Assembly (NCBI GenBank): GCA_934277645.1
Contig: CAKQUX010000006.1
Span: 11,576 to 75,575 of the forward strand
DNA length: 64,000 nt
Direction: 5' to 3'
Origin: an uncultured Clostridia bacterium
GTDB lineage: Bacteria; Bacillota; Clostridia; Christensenellales; CAG-917
Shown here: one piece after another, positions 17,442 through 27,937 of the stretch
Numbering within the stretch: the stretch's first letter is position 1
Layout: each line of letters starts with the position of its first letter
Made by a program: the position numbers and the translations under genes
Notes under the pieces: generated by a model
The model's database searches: none
Told to the model about the DNA's origin: nothing
The model's input: only the letters and a program-made list of their open reading frames with translations

Positions 17442-18560
17442 ATGGCAAAAAAAACTTACGTAGGTTGGCAAGAACTCGGCTATAAGAGAAACCAAGTCGA
17501 GTATAAAGAGCCTACAAAACTTTTGGCAGACGACGGAACAGTGCTCGTTCAAGGCGGATGGGCGCGTCACAACGTTTTTGAATACGACCGCACGAAGGCT
17601 CAACCGCAAAAACGCGGCAAAGAATGGGATTTCTATCAGCTCTCGGACGGCAAGTATATGCTTCAAATTTCGGTTGCAAACATTTCAATCGGCGGATATG
17701 CTTCGGCTGTATTGCTCGAACTTGACAAGGCGCACAACCGCAAAGGCAAAATTATCACGAGCATGTCGCTTTTCCTTGGCGGAAAAAACAAATACGTTCT
17801 TCCTGAAAACGGAGACAAACCGAATTATTTTGAATATAACAACGGAAAATTCAAGTGTATTTTCGATACGAAAGCTACAAGCAGAAAGATTTATTTCGAA
17901 GGTCCTGTAAAAGGCAAAAAATTTGTTTGCGATATCGATATGGACTTGTTTGAAGACCACGAAAGCATTACGATTGTAACGCCTTTCAAAAAACGCGGAA
18001 AGTTTTTGCCGACTCGTTTCTTTATGACGATGAAACAAAACTGTATGCCTGCATACGGAACCGTAAAACTCGGTGACGAAACGCTTTATACTTTCAAAAA
18101 AGAAGACACGATGTGCGTTCTCGACTGGGGACGCGGTGTATGGCCTTATAGAAACGTATGGTACTGGGGCAACGGCGCAAAGATGGTTAAGGGCGCGGAC
18201 GGCAAAGAACATATGTTCGGCTTTGAAATCACTTGGGGCATAGGTTGCGAAGACAATGCAACCGAAACCTGCTTGTTCTGGGACGGCAAAGCTCAAAAAA
18301 TCGGCTCTGTCGACGTCGAAACTTTCCCTAAGGGCAAATATATGGAGCCGTGGAAATTCGTTTCGGAAGACGGCAGATTCAATCTTACAATGACGCCTTA
18401 TTACGACCATCATTCGGATATGAACGTCCTTAAAATCGTAAGACTTCACAGCCATCAAGTCCACGGACTTTGGAACGGAACGGTCACGCTTGACAGTGGC
18501 GAAGTAGTCGAAATCAAAGATATGTACGCCTTCTGCGAATACGTCGAAAACAAGTGGTAG
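17442..18560 (+). CDS. conserved hypothetical protein (DUF2804-like by recollection)
   Basis: 372 aa, GGAGGA RBS, soluble and beta-rich, W-rich motifs (WDFYQL, PYRNVWYWGNGA). TTGAAA-17-TATAAT promoter upstream. The family name is tentative. Confidence 0.55.
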   Translation: MAKKTYVGWQELGYKRNQVEYKEPTKLLADDGTVLVQGGWARHNVFEYDRTKAQPQKRGKEWDFYQLSDGKYMLQISVANISIGGYASAVLLELDKAHNRKGKIITSMSLFLGGKNKYVLPENGDKPNYFEYNNGKFKCIFDTKATSRKIYFEGPVKGKKFVCDIDMDLFEDHESITIVTPFKKRGKFLPTRFFMTMKQNCMPAYGTVKLGDETLYTFKKEDTMCVLDWGRGVWPYRNVWYWGNGAKMVKGADGKEHMFGFEITWGIGCEDNATETCLFWDGKAQKIGSVDVETFPKGKYMEPWKFVSEDGRFNLTMTPYYDHHSDMNVLKIVRLHSHQVHGLWNGTVTLDSGEVVEIKDMYAFCEYVENKW

Positions 18561-18636
18561 AAAGTAGAGCACAATTTTTGTGCTTTATAAATTATAACAA
18601 TTTAAAACTTATCAATATTAAAATAAAAAAGAAGCT

Positions 18637-19071
18637 TTAAACAGCTTCTTTTTTTATGAGTTTGAGTTTTTTCAGATATTGCATTACTTCGTTTTTTTGC
18701 ACGTCGGTTTCGTAAACGATAATGGCTTCCGTTGCCTTCGAGTTGTCTTTGACTGCGGTCAGCCATTTTTCCATACTTCTGCAAGTCAGTTTTAAATCCG
18801 AGGACGTTTGAACTTCGTCAACGTTTTTACTTATCAAAAACAAATCTAAAATGCAGTGCATGACGCTGTGTTTGTGTCCTACGGTGTGAAGATAGCAGTC
18901 TTTTTTTAAGTTGTCTGTTATGCGGTCGCAAGTGACGTTCATTTCTTCTTCGGTCAATTTGTCACAAAAGCAGAGTACAGACGCGCCTTTGGGCAATTTT
19001 TCCGTTTGCAGTTTTTCAAAAGATACGAAGCCGTATTTTTGAAAAAGTTTTGTTCCAATCTCGTATTCCAT
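18637..19071 (-). CDS. hypothetical protein
   Basis: 144 aa, AAGGAG RBS, Cys/His-rich (CFCDK, HTVGHKHSVMHC). No domain recognised. Confidence 0.6.
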   Translation of the reverse strand: MEYEIGTKLFQKYGFVSFEKLQTEKLPKGASVLCFCDKLTEEEMNVTCDRITDNLKKDCYLHTVGHKHSVMHCILDLFLISKNVDEVQTSSDLKLTCRSMEKWLTAVKDNSKATEAIIVYETDVQKNEVMQYLKKLKLIKKEAV

Positions 19072-19207
19072 ATAAGCTCCTTTTATAGGTATATTTTACC
19101 AAATTATACTGACTTTGTAAAATTAAAGCAGGGAAAAATTTTGCCCAAATACCACGAATTTTAGTTTACGCAGATTTGTTGTATATATTCCGAAATTGTG
19201 TTACACT

Positions 19208-20020
19208 ATGGCTATGAAAAAAGAAAAGTACTGTTTGATTAAATTTGCGGATATGCAAAACGAATACCTGTGCGATTTGTCGGATACTAAGGCGAAAGTC
19301 GGTGCTGTTGTTGCAGTTCCTGTCGGAAGCGACGGAGCGTTGAAAAAGGCGCGCGTCGAAAAAATCGTTAAACTCGACAAAGATTCTTTAAAAACTACGC
19401 CGTCGAAACTTGACAGCGTCATTGCAAAAAAAGATAAAGAAGGGTATTTTTCGGGAAAAAAAGACGATGAAAACGTTAAAAAGCCTATTTCGGTAACAGT
19501 CACAGGCGTTGAAATGGTAAGCGGCGATTTCGACCCCGAAGGAATAGTTATGCTTGTGCCTTATAATAAAGACAACGTTTCTTGTTTTGCAACTGTAACG
19601 TTTGGCGACGATTTCGATAAGTCTTATAAGGTTTTTACGGACAACTACGGACTTGGCGCAGAAAATATCATCGTCAAGGGCGACTACGCTTATTTTACTA
19701 ACAGTCAGGATATAGTTAAATTCGATTTGAAAGAAGATAAGATAGTAAAAAGGACGAAACTTAACAGTTTCACTTTCAACACTTATGAGTTCGAAGACGG
19801 AATATTCGTCCACGGCGAGTCGACGAATACGTTTTTAGATTTCGATCTCGGCGTGAGATGGCTTTATGACAGCAAAGACATTTTTGCAAGTGCCGACACC
19901 GACGATATTTTCGAAATGGGCGATGGGTTTGTCAGAGTTTTGGATTCGGACAACGTCAAACATTTTTATGACTTAAACGGCGAGTTTAAGATTGAAAACG
20001 GGTTTAGAATTAAACTTTAA
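19208..20020 (+). CDS. hypothetical protein
   Basis: Long ORF with coding-like composition. First ATG is at 19208 (the track starts at TTG 19196). No clear RBS, so the start is uncertain. The stop lies 9 nt before the tautomerase gene. Confidence 0.6.
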   Translation: MAMKKEKYCLIKFADMQNEYLCDLSDTKAKVGAVVAVPVGSDGALKKARVEKIVKLDKDSLKTTPSKLDSVIAKKDKEGYFSGKKDDENVKKPISVTVTGVEMVSGDFDPEGIVMLVPYNKDNVSCFATVTFGDDFDKSYKVFTDNYGLGAENIIVKGDYAYFTNSQDIVKFDLKEDKIVKRTKLNSFTFNTYEFEDGIFVHGESTNTFLDFDLGVRWLYDSKDIFASADTDDIFEMGDGFVRVLDSDNVKHFYDLNGEFKIENGFRIKL

Positions 20021-20029
20021 GGAGACAAT

Positions 20030-20260
20030 ATGCCTTATATAAGAATTAAAGCCTATCCGAAAGATAAGGCGATAAAAGAAAAAATTGCCGACGAAGTCAG
20101 CGAAATATTTGAAAAATATTGGGGCTGTCCTAAGGCGGCTATTTCTGTTTCTATCGAGGAAGTCGCACCGGAAAACTGGGTGAGCGAAGTCGAAGAGAAA
20201 GAAATAGCAACAAATAAAGACGCTATGTTTGTTTTAAACGGCGAAAAGGTAAATCGTTAA
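20030..20260 (+). CDS. tautomerase family protein (4-oxalocrotonate tautomerase-like)
   Basis: 76 aa. N-terminal MPYIRIK (catalytic Pro1 context), beta-alpha-beta size class, AAGGAG RBS. Confidence 0.7.
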   Translation: MPYIRIKAYPKDKAIKEKIADEVSEIFEKYWGCPKAAISVSIEEVAPENWVSEVEEKEIATNKDAMFVLNGEKVNR

Positions 20261-20310
20261 GGCTTGCCGATTCGTTCGCTCTTACGATACTTTAAGTATC
20301 CGAGGTATTT

Positions 20311-21327
20311 ATGGGCGAAGTTTTTCTTGACGCTTTTTTAGACAGTTTAAAAGTTTTTGCGGTTTTGTTTGCAATCAGCATTATTTTCTCATTGGTTGAA
20401 AACAAAATAGGAAAAGGAGTGAAGCTCAAAGGCAGTATTGCGCCTTTGGTCGGCACGGCATTGGGACTTTTGCCTCAATGCGGTTTTAGCGTTGTCGCAA
20501 CCGACCTTTATCAAAAAAGGCACATAACCGTCGGCACATTGCTCGGCGTATATCTTGCGACAAGCGACGAGGCAATTCCGATATTCCTTGCAAATCCCGA
20601 TAAAGCGTTGCACGTTTTGCCTATTTTGCTTGCGAAATTCGTTATCGGCGTTATAGTCGGATACCTTGCCGACCTTATTTGCGTAAAAAGCCGCAATGCG
20701 GTTAAGGAACACAATCTCGAATGTCATCATACGCCGACAGTGCACGTCGGATGTTGCGGACACGAAATAGACGATGATAGCGAGACTGATGCAAAAATCG
20801 AAAACGAAGCGCACGAAGCAGGTAATGAGCATAGCGGCACTTGCGGCGAAGATTTGGGTGAAACCGTTAAGGAAAACATAGAAAAGGAAGAAAAACGCAA
20901 AAAAGTCAAAGCCGAACTAAAAAGATATCTTATTCATCCGCTTGTCCATTCGCTTAAAATTTTCGCATACGTCTTTGTCATTAACGTCATTTTCGGATTG
21001 ATAATCTATCGTGTAGGCGAAAAGGCTTTAATCGATTTTATTGCGGCAAACAAATACGTTGCGCCGTTGTTAGCCGTCGTTGTTGGAGCAATTCCGAATT
21101 GCGCATCGTCCGTTGTGATTTCAAATTTGTATATTATGGGCGGTTTGGGCTTCGGCGCAACCGTGGGCGGACTTTGTATGAACGCAGGACTTGGCTTTGC
21201 AGTGCTGTTCAAAAACGTAAAAATGGCAAAGGAAAACGCCGCTATATTTTTTGCTATGCTTTTTATCAGTATCGTTGTAGCTTATATTTTATCGGCTATT
21301 TTCGGTTTTGAGCCGTTGAAATTCTGA
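20311..21327 (+). CDS. putative 10-TM metal exporter (ArsP_2 / putative manganese transporter family)
   Basis: 338 aa. LPQCGFSVVATDLYQKRHITVGTLLGVYLATSDEAIPIF resembles that family. Central His/Cys/acidic loop ECHHTPTVHVGCCGHEIDDD. The second half repeats the fold (PNCASSVVISNLY). Confidence 0.65.
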   Translation: MGEVFLDAFLDSLKVFAVLFAISIIFSLVENKIGKGVKLKGSIAPLVGTALGLLPQCGFSVVATDLYQKRHITVGTLLGVYLATSDEAIPIFLANPDKALHVLPILLAKFVIGVIVGYLADLICVKSRNAVKEHNLECHHTPTVHVGCCGHEIDDDSETDAKIENEAHEAGNEHSGTCGEDLGETVKENIEKEEKRKKVKAELKRYLIHPLVHSLKIFAYVFVINVIFGLIIYRVGEKALIDFIAANKYVAPLLAVVVGAIPNCASSVVISNLYIMGGLGFGATVGGLCMNAGLGFAVLFKNVKMAKENAAIFFAMLFISIVVAYILSAIFGFEPLKF

Positions 21328-21468
21328 CAGTTAAACCAAAACAAAAAAATAAAGCCGTTATAGGGAAATCTTATAACGGCTTTTTGAACATATGCAATAT
21401 TATTAAGATGTTTTTAATATTGTCGCAGCAATATTTTCTTAGTTTGAAGTTTAGTTTAAGTGCTATGT

Positions 21469-24159
21469 TTATTCCGATTTTAAAGCCACAACGGGATCTT
21501 TGTTTGCAGCAATTATTGCAGGAATAAGTCCCGAAATCAGCGTCAGCACGATAGAGCAGCCAACGAGCGTAAGCGAGTGCCACCAAGCTACGCTAATAAG
21601 GTTGGAAATCGCAAGCACGCTTTTTAACAACAAATTTACAGGATACGATATTATATGCGCCAGTACCGTGCCGACTATGCTGGCGAAGAATCCCAAAAGC
21701 AGTGATTCGACGTTGAATATTCGCATTATGTCTAATTTTCTTGCGCCTATCGAACGCAAAATTCCTATTTCCTGAGTTCTGTCCTGAACGATTGTATACA
21801 TCAAAAGAGCAATCATAAACAGCGCGACTACGACCGATATGCAAGTAACCGCCATAAGAACGTATGTTATTGTCGAAACGGTTGCCGTAAGCGAGTTGAC
21901 GATTGCGGTAGATTCGTCCGTATAGGTCACGGTGTTGTTTTCGTTTTGTTTGTTAAAGTCGTCAATCATCGAAGTTATTTTGCTTTTCGCTTCGACGCTG
22001 CTTGCGTAAACGTAAATAAAATCAGGCGAATCGATTTCTTTGAGTTTCAAAGTGTTTTTAAGGTAAACCGAAAAGTTAAGTTCCGATTTGTCTTTTGGGT
22101 CTATCGTAAGCGGTTTTCTTGTGATGACGCTTCTTAAAATCGGATTAGGCTCGTTGTTGTTTACGGCTTCGAGATAATCGCTGTATTCTTGCATTTGTTT
22201 TAAAACGAGTTCGGTGGTCGCATTCGTTTCGATATATTTTTGCGTAAACTGCTCCGTGTAGCAAATAGTGCCTTTAAGGCAACCGTTTGTAACGCTTTGC
22301 TTTTGGCGCAGTATTCCCGAAATTTTTATAGTCAGTGATTTTGCGGCTATTTTTTCGTTTATTTCGCTTTCATCGGTAATTTCGACGTAGCGGTCTTTTG
22401 CTACGTCATATTCATAGTATTCGGTCGGAACCATAACTTGAAACTCTTTGCCGATAAATTCATTGAAGTCGAAAGTGAATTTGTCCGTATCGACGGAAGC
22501 AGAGAGCATAGTGTTCAACAAGTCGGATACGCTAAGCACGCCGAGACTGTAAAGAGCATAATCGTTTACTTGGTTGTATTTGTCAACTACAAGCATAACG
22601 TCGGTTGCGCCGTCTACGCCGTTTGACGGAAAACTGCCGCCGATTAAATCGTATTGCGCTTGAACGGTGGAAAGGTTAGGCATCTGCTCCCAAATTTTGA
22701 TTGCGCTGAGGCTGGACGTCAGAGAAGCGTGCATATTTGAATCGATATACGCGCCGAGCGATTTAAGGTCGTTTGTCAATCTGTCGGCAAACGGAGCAAG
22801 GCGAGTGTACGTGTCGTCATCGTTTTTCGTATAGATATTAGGGTTTATGTCGTAGTCGTATTTGACAAAGCCCCAATCGGAATTCATATTTTTGTCGATA
22901 AATGCTTTAAGCGCCGCTGTATCGTTGTCCTTTGTGAAATCGCTGCGATTTTTGAGCAATGCGCCCAAAAGCATATTCGTGTATATTTCTTTTGCCTTGG
23001 TGTATTCTTCCGCGGCAGAATGTTCGTCCGAAAGCACCGCTAAAACCTGACTTAAATTTATTTGGCTAGGGTCGAACGAGTCGAGATTGTCTATATTTTT
23101 GAATACGTCGGAGAAAGTCGAATTCGCCTTTTGCACGGTTATCGGGTAGGTCGCAAGCGATTGCTTTTCATAGCTTGTCACGTAATTGTTAAAGCCGTTG
23201 TTAAAACCGAGAACGAGCGCAATGCTGACTATTGCAATCGCGCCTGCAATAACCGTCATAAGCGTTCTGCCGATGTTGGACGAAAGGTTTTTAAGGCTCA
23301 AAATAACGGATGATAAAAACGGCATAGACGGCGTTTTCTTTTTCCGTACTTTTTTAGGCTTTTTGACTATTTGCGATTTTTCCGCATCGCCGCTTGAAAG
23401 CTCATAGCTTATGACTTCTTCGTCAGTATTCAAGTCGTTTAAATCCGATTCGGATATTTCCGTTTGCTTTAACGCTTTAGTAGGGACGTTTGCGTCGTCG
23501 CCTGCGATTATGCCGTCGGCAATTCTTATTATGCGGTTTGAATATTCATAGGCAAGTTCTTCGTTGTGCGTGACCATAATGACGAGTTTGTCGGCTGAAA
23601 ACTCGCTTAAAATATCCATAACTTGTTTGCTGTTTACGCTGTCGAGCGCGCCCGTCGGTTCGTCTGCCAAAATGATTTGCGGATCGTGAACGATTGCTCT
23701 TGCAAGCGCCACTCGTTGCATTTGACCGTTCGAAAGTTGGTTGGGCCTTTTTTTTGCGTGTTCAATAAGCCCGACCTTTTCGAGCGCGGAAAGAGCCTTT
23801 TGTCGTCTTTCTTTTGCGGTTATTCCGGAAAGCGACAGCGAAAGCTCTACGTTTTCAACGATATTAAGATGCGGAATAAGGTGATAACTTTGAAAAACAA
23901 AACCTATATAGTTGTTACGATAACTGTCCCAATCCGTTTGTTTGAAATCTTTTGTAGAAATGCCGTTTATGACAAGGTCGCCGTACGTGCAAGGCATAAG
24001 TCCGCCGATAATATTCAGCATTGTCGATTTGCCGCAACCCGAGCCGCCGAGTATGGAGATAAATCCCGTTTTATCAAATTTTAAATTTACATCTTTAATT
24101 GCAGCCGAGTAAACGTCGCCGTTTTTGTAGGTTTTTGAAACGCCTATAAGTTCTAACAT
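21469..24159 (-). CDS. fused ABC ATPase / FtsX-family permease (MacB-like) with large extracytoplasmic domain
   Basis: 896 aa. Walker A GGSGCGKST, signature LSNGQMQRVALARA, Walker B IILADEPTGALD. One TM, then about 400 aa of external domain, then a C-terminal FtsX 3-TM bundle. Confidence 0.9.
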   Translation of the reverse strand: MLELIGVSKTYKNGDVYSAAIKDVNLKFDKTGFISILGGSGCGKSTMLNIIGGLMPCTYGDLVINGISTKDFKQTDWDSYRNNYIGFVFQSYHLIPHLNIVENVELSLSLSGITAKERRQKALSALEKVGLIEHAKKRPNQLSNGQMQRVALARAIVHDPQIILADEPTGALDSVNSKQVMDILSEFSADKLVIMVTHNEELAYEYSNRIIRIADGIIAGDDANVPTKALKQTEISESDLNDLNTDEEVISYELSSGDAEKSQIVKKPKKVRKKKTPSMPFLSSVILSLKNLSSNIGRTLMTVIAGAIAIVSIALVLGFNNGFNNYVTSYEKQSLATYPITVQKANSTFSDVFKNIDNLDSFDPSQINLSQVLAVLSDEHSAAEEYTKAKEIYTNMLLGALLKNRSDFTKDNDTAALKAFIDKNMNSDWGFVKYDYDINPNIYTKNDDDTYTRLAPFADRLTNDLKSLGAYIDSNMHASLTSSLSAIKIWEQMPNLSTVQAQYDLIGGSFPSNGVDGATDVMLVVDKYNQVNDYALYSLGVLSVSDLLNTMLSASVDTDKFTFDFNEFIGKEFQVMVPTEYYEYDVAKDRYVEITDESEINEKIAAKSLTIKISGILRQKQSVTNGCLKGTICYTEQFTQKYIETNATTELVLKQMQEYSDYLEAVNNNEPNPILRSVITRKPLTIDPKDKSELNFSVYLKNTLKLKEIDSPDFIYVYASSVEAKSKITSMIDDFNKQNENNTVTYTDESTAIVNSLTATVSTITYVLMAVTCISVVVALFMIALLMYTIVQDRTQEIGILRSIGARKLDIMRIFNVESLLLGFFASIVGTVLAHIISYPVNLLLKSVLAISNLISVAWWHSLTLVGCSIVLTLISGLIPAIIAANKDPVVALKSE

Positions 24160-24235
24160 AAAATTCCACCCAAACCTAAATTTTCCCCTTCTATAACATT
24201 ATAGTATGAAATTCGTTTGTTTGCAATAAGGCGTA

Positions 24236-24264
24236 TTGACTATTTTGAAAACCTGATATAAAAT
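24236..24264 (+). promoter_or_regulatory. sigma-A promoter placed for a leaderless Sel1-repeat mRNA
   Basis: TTGACT 24236-24241, 17-nt spacer, TAAAAT 24259-24264, then 6 nt (ATTTTT) and ATG 24271. No Shine-Dalgarno. Confidence 0.6.
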
Positions 24265-24270
24265 ATTTTT

Positions 24271-25317
24271 ATGAACGAGTCTATCGAAAAGTTGATAAAA
24301 AAGGCAAACGAGGGCTTTGCCGATGCGGAATGTCAGCTCGGCTGTTGTTATGCCTTGGGTGACGGTGTGCCGCAAAGCGATATAAAAGCGTTGTATTATT
24401 TTGAAAGCAGCGCAAAAAAAGGCAATCCGTTTGCTCAGTTTAAACTCGCCAAATATTATTTCGACGGCATAGCGGTGAAAAAAGACGACGAAAAAGCGTT
24501 TGAACTTTTCAGCGAAGCCGCCACAGCGATTGACGAAGCATATTACAATCTCGGAATTTGTTATTTAAACGGAATAGGCGTGAACGGCAATTTTGAAAAA
24601 GCGGCGGAGTGTTTTTTGAAATTGCCCGAAAACGCCGATTCTTTGAACGCCCTCGGAACAATGTACCAAAAGGGGCAGAGCATTATGCAAAACTATGAAA
24701 AGGCGGTTGCGCTTTATAACAAGGCGGCAAAGCTCGGTTCGGCAGACGCCGTTTTCAATCTTGCGCTTTGCTACAGGGCAGGCGAAGGCGTCGAGCAAAA
24801 CGACGAAAAAGCGTTTGAGCTTTTTAAAAAGGCGGCTGATTTCGGAATAGACAAAGCAAGCTATTATTTGGGAAAAGCCTATGAAAACGGTTTGGGGGTA
24901 AAAGCCGACTGCTCACTTGCCGTCAAGCATTATAAACTTGCGGCTGAATTCGGAATTTTAAAGGCGACGGTTGCCCTTGCGGAGTGTTATTTGAACGGAG
25001 TCGGGGTCGAACATAGCGACGAAAAGGCATTTGAACTTTATAAAAGGGCGAGCGAATATCCCGAAGCAATGCGTATGATTTCATTTTGTTATGAAAACGG
25101 ACTCGGCGTCAGACAAGATGACGAAGAGGCGTTTGAGTGGCTTGTAAAAGCCGCAAAAGCAGGCGATGCTATGAGTCAGTACAATCTTGCCGAAAGTTAT
25201 CGAACGGGCGTCGGCGCGCCGAAAGACGCCGATTTGGCAAAGTATTGGTATCGTCGAGCCGCAAGACAGGGCGACGTCGATTCAATCGAGGCTTTGGAAA
25301 CGTTTTTTGCCGAATAG
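24271..25317 (+). CDS. Sel1-like (SLR/TPR-family) repeat protein
   Basis: 348 aa made of about nine ~36-aa units of the pattern A..WY.KAA.QG...AQ..LG.CY..G.GV..D. No signal peptide. Confidence 0.9.
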   Translation: MNESIEKLIKKANEGFADAECQLGCCYALGDGVPQSDIKALYYFESSAKKGNPFAQFKLAKYYFDGIAVKKDDEKAFELFSEAATAIDEAYYNLGICYLNGIGVNGNFEKAAECFLKLPENADSLNALGTMYQKGQSIMQNYEKAVALYNKAAKLGSADAVFNLALCYRAGEGVEQNDEKAFELFKKAADFGIDKASYYLGKAYENGLGVKADCSLAVKHYKLAAEFGILKATVALAECYLNGVGVEHSDEKAFELYKRASEYPEAMRMISFCYENGLGVRQDDEEAFEWLVKAAKAGDAMSQYNLAESYRTGVGAPKDADLAKYWYRRAARQGDVDSIEALETFFAE

Positions 25318-25338
25318 CAAATTTTTTAATAACAAACG

Positions 25339-25364
25339 AAAAACCCGACAACGTCGGGTTTTTA
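25339..25364 (+). terminator. bidirectional intrinsic terminator
   Basis: ACCCGAC 25343-25349 / GTCGGGT 25353-25359, flanked by an A-run and a T-run. Confidence 0.85.
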
Positions 25365-25474
25365 ATTTGTGTTCTTACCTTATTTAATCGACACTTTTAG
25401 ATTAGCTACTACATCGCATTTCAGGGCGTACGTTTAAAGCTAATCGTAAATTTGATAATCAAATAAAATATCGA

Positions 25475-27937
25475 TTATTTTTTAGGTGTTTCGCCGTTTA
25501 ACACTTTCTTGATACGCTTTTTATCGCCAAAGCCTCTACGGAACTTTCTAAAACCGCCTCGTTTTTTGTTTAACATATCACGAATACCCTCAACCGAGGT
25601 TGTGGACAAAACGCCGCCGCTAAATCCCATAAAACTTCTGAGCGGCATATCTTTTGCCGACGCTTTGAGCATTTGCGAGTTTTCGCTGTTTCCTGCAAAA
25701 AGTTTAATTCCGAGTTGAATTATTCTTTGAATGAACTTGCCTAATCCCGTTATGGAAATATCGTCAACCGTGCTGTTCATTGTGAATTCACCCTTTTTGA
25801 ACGGCAAGTTTGACGGAAGCGCTCTGCCTAAAACCGCTTCGAATTGTTCGGCAGGTACGTCGTAGTTTTCCGTCGTAAGGTCATAGAAGCAAGGCGCAAC
25901 ATCACGATAATTCGGAATTTCGGCATTAGGGTTTAAACTTTCGACGTATATGCGTTTTTGAAGTTTTATATCTCTTGACGACGCACCGACCAAAATATCG
26001 AAATCGCCGCTTTCGACGTGCCAATCGTTAACTTTTACGTTGTAGTAGCTAAAACATCTGCTGTCCAAAGTGAATTTGATTTCGGCTGTTTCGCCCGCTT
26101 TAAGGAATACCTTTTTAAAGCGTTTCAACTCCTTGACAGGGCGGAAGATTGTCGATTCGACGTCGCCGACGTAAAGTTGTGCAATTTCCGCGCCGTCAAC
26201 GTTGCCGACGTTTTTGACGGTAAAACTGACTTCAACGTTTTCATTTTCTTTGAATTTGTCCTTGTTGATTTTAAGATTTGAATATTCAAACTTCGTATAG
26301 CTAAGTCCGTAGCCGAAAGGATACGCAACTTCTTTGTTTGCCTTGTCGTAGAAACGATAGCCGACGTAAACGCTTTCGCGATATTCGACCGTTCTCGGTC
26401 CCATAGGGAAATAGTTTGCGGTCACGCTGTCGTGCAAACGTACAGGGAATGTTTCGGCAAGTTTACCTGACGGGTTGACATCGCCGTAAAGTACGTCCAT
26501 AATGGCTTCGCCTGCCGCTTGACCTTGAAGATAGGCAAGGAGCAAGCCTTTTGCATATTCTGACCATTGACGCATGCAGATAGGCGAGCCGCCCACCAAA
26601 ACGACGATGACGTTAGGGTTGACCTCTGCTAATTTTTCAATCAAAATTTCGTGGCTTGACGGCATATTCATATGAGAGCGGTCAAAACCTTCCGACTCGT
26701 ATTCATCGGTAAGTCCGATAAACGCAATAACTTTATCTGCGCCTTTTGCGATTTTTTGAGCTTCCTTTATAAGGCTTGCTTTATAGCCTGTGCCTTTAAG
26801 TGTATAGCCGTCGGCATAAGCAAACGTCTTTCCGCTTTTTGTCAATGCGTCCGTAAACGAAACGAGCTTTGTCGGATTGATACGCGAGCTTCCTGCTCCT
26901 TGATAGCGGATATGCTTTGCAAGCGCGCCTACGACGGCGATTTTTTCGTTTCCGTCAAGTGGTAAAATATTGTCTTCGTTTTTAAGGAGAACCGAACCTT
27001 GCGACGCGGCTTTTCTTGCAAGCTCGTGGTGTTTGTCGTAATCGGTTTTATAGTTAGGCACTTCTTTTGTCTTACATTCAAAAGCAAATTTAATCAGACG
27101 CAAAACGACTTTGTCAAGGTCGGCTTCTTCAAGTCTGCCTTCTTTGACTGCTTTTATAATTTCGTAGTCGTTCATTCCGTTGTTACCCGGCATTTCGAGG
27201 TCGTTTCCTGCTTTTATGCCTTCGACGCGGTTGTTGACAGCACCCCAGTCGGAAATGGTGATGCCTTTATAGCCCCATTCGTCACGAAGAATATCGGTGA
27301 GAAGTTTTTTGTTTTCACACATATATTCGCCGTTTACCTTGTTGTAGCTCGGCATAATGGTTGTCGGTTGTTCGGCTTTGACGGTATGTTCAAAAGCAGG
27401 GAGATAGATTTCACGCAATGCGCGTTCGTCGCAAACGGTGTCTATACTCATACGGATATGTTCTTGATTGTTTGCGCAAAAGTGTTTAAGGCTTACGCCG
27501 ATATTTTGACTTTGAACGCCGTGAACCCAGCTTGCGCCCATTTGACCTGCAAGATAAGGATCTTCGGAAAAATATTCAAAGTTTCTTCCGCAAAGAGGCG
27601 AACGCTTTATGTTTACGCCCGGTCCTAAAACGGTGGATTGCCCTTGTTCCTTGGCTTCGTCGGCAATCGCTTGACCTATTTCGACCGCAAGGTCGGTATC
27701 CCAGCTCGAAGCAAGAGTGACCGCAGGCGGAAAACAAACGGCAGGGTAGCTGAGCTTCATAATGTTTGTACCTTGCGATTCTTTTTCTTTTCTGAGTCCG
27801 TGAGGTCCGTCCGTCATAAGTACCGACGGAATATTAAGCCTTTCAATAGGTTTAGTACGCCAAAAATCAAGTCCCGAACAAAGGGAAGCCTTTTCTTCGA
27901 GAGTCATCTGCTTTAAAATATCTTCATAATTTGCCAT
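25475..27937 (-). CDS. glycoside hydrolase family 3 beta-glucosidase-like enzyme
   Basis: 820 aa, GGGAGA RBS. Motifs GPHGLRKE, GVNIKRSPLCGRNFEYFSEDP and ISDWGAV (nucleophile region). Fn3-like module (LKRFKKVFLKAGE) plus an extra C-terminal basic tail. Confidence 0.92.
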   Translation of the reverse strand: MANYEDILKQMTLEEKASLCSGLDFWRTKPIERLNIPSVLMTDGPHGLRKEKESQGTNIMKLSYPAVCFPPAVTLASSWDTDLAVEIGQAIADEAKEQGQSTVLGPGVNIKRSPLCGRNFEYFSEDPYLAGQMGASWVHGVQSQNIGVSLKHFCANNQEHIRMSIDTVCDERALREIYLPAFEHTVKAEQPTTIMPSYNKVNGEYMCENKKLLTDILRDEWGYKGITISDWGAVNNRVEGIKAGNDLEMPGNNGMNDYEIIKAVKEGRLEEADLDKVVLRLIKFAFECKTKEVPNYKTDYDKHHELARKAASQGSVLLKNEDNILPLDGNEKIAVVGALAKHIRYQGAGSSRINPTKLVSFTDALTKSGKTFAYADGYTLKGTGYKASLIKEAQKIAKGADKVIAFIGLTDEYESEGFDRSHMNMPSSHEILIEKLAEVNPNVIVVLVGGSPICMRQWSEYAKGLLLAYLQGQAAGEAIMDVLYGDVNPSGKLAETFPVRLHDSVTANYFPMGPRTVEYRESVYVGYRFYDKANKEVAYPFGYGLSYTKFEYSNLKINKDKFKENENVEVSFTVKNVGNVDGAEIAQLYVGDVESTIFRPVKELKRFKKVFLKAGETAEIKFTLDSRCFSYYNVKVNDWHVESGDFDILVGASSRDIKLQKRIYVESLNPNAEIPNYRDVAPCFYDLTTENYDVPAEQFEAVLGRALPSNLPFKKGEFTMNSTVDDISITGLGKFIQRIIQLGIKLFAGNSENSQMLKASAKDMPLRSFMGFSGGVLSTTSVEGIRDMLNKKRGGFRKFRRGFGDKKRIKKVLNGETPKK

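Noticed and set aside
17685-18572. 295-aa minus-strand ORF
   Set aside because: It is antisense to the RBS-preceded 372-aa gene 17442-18560. The sequence is Phe/Val/Arg-rich and non-protein-like.
26999-27628. 209-aa plus-strand ORF
   Set aside because: It is antisense to the GH3 glycosidase gene.
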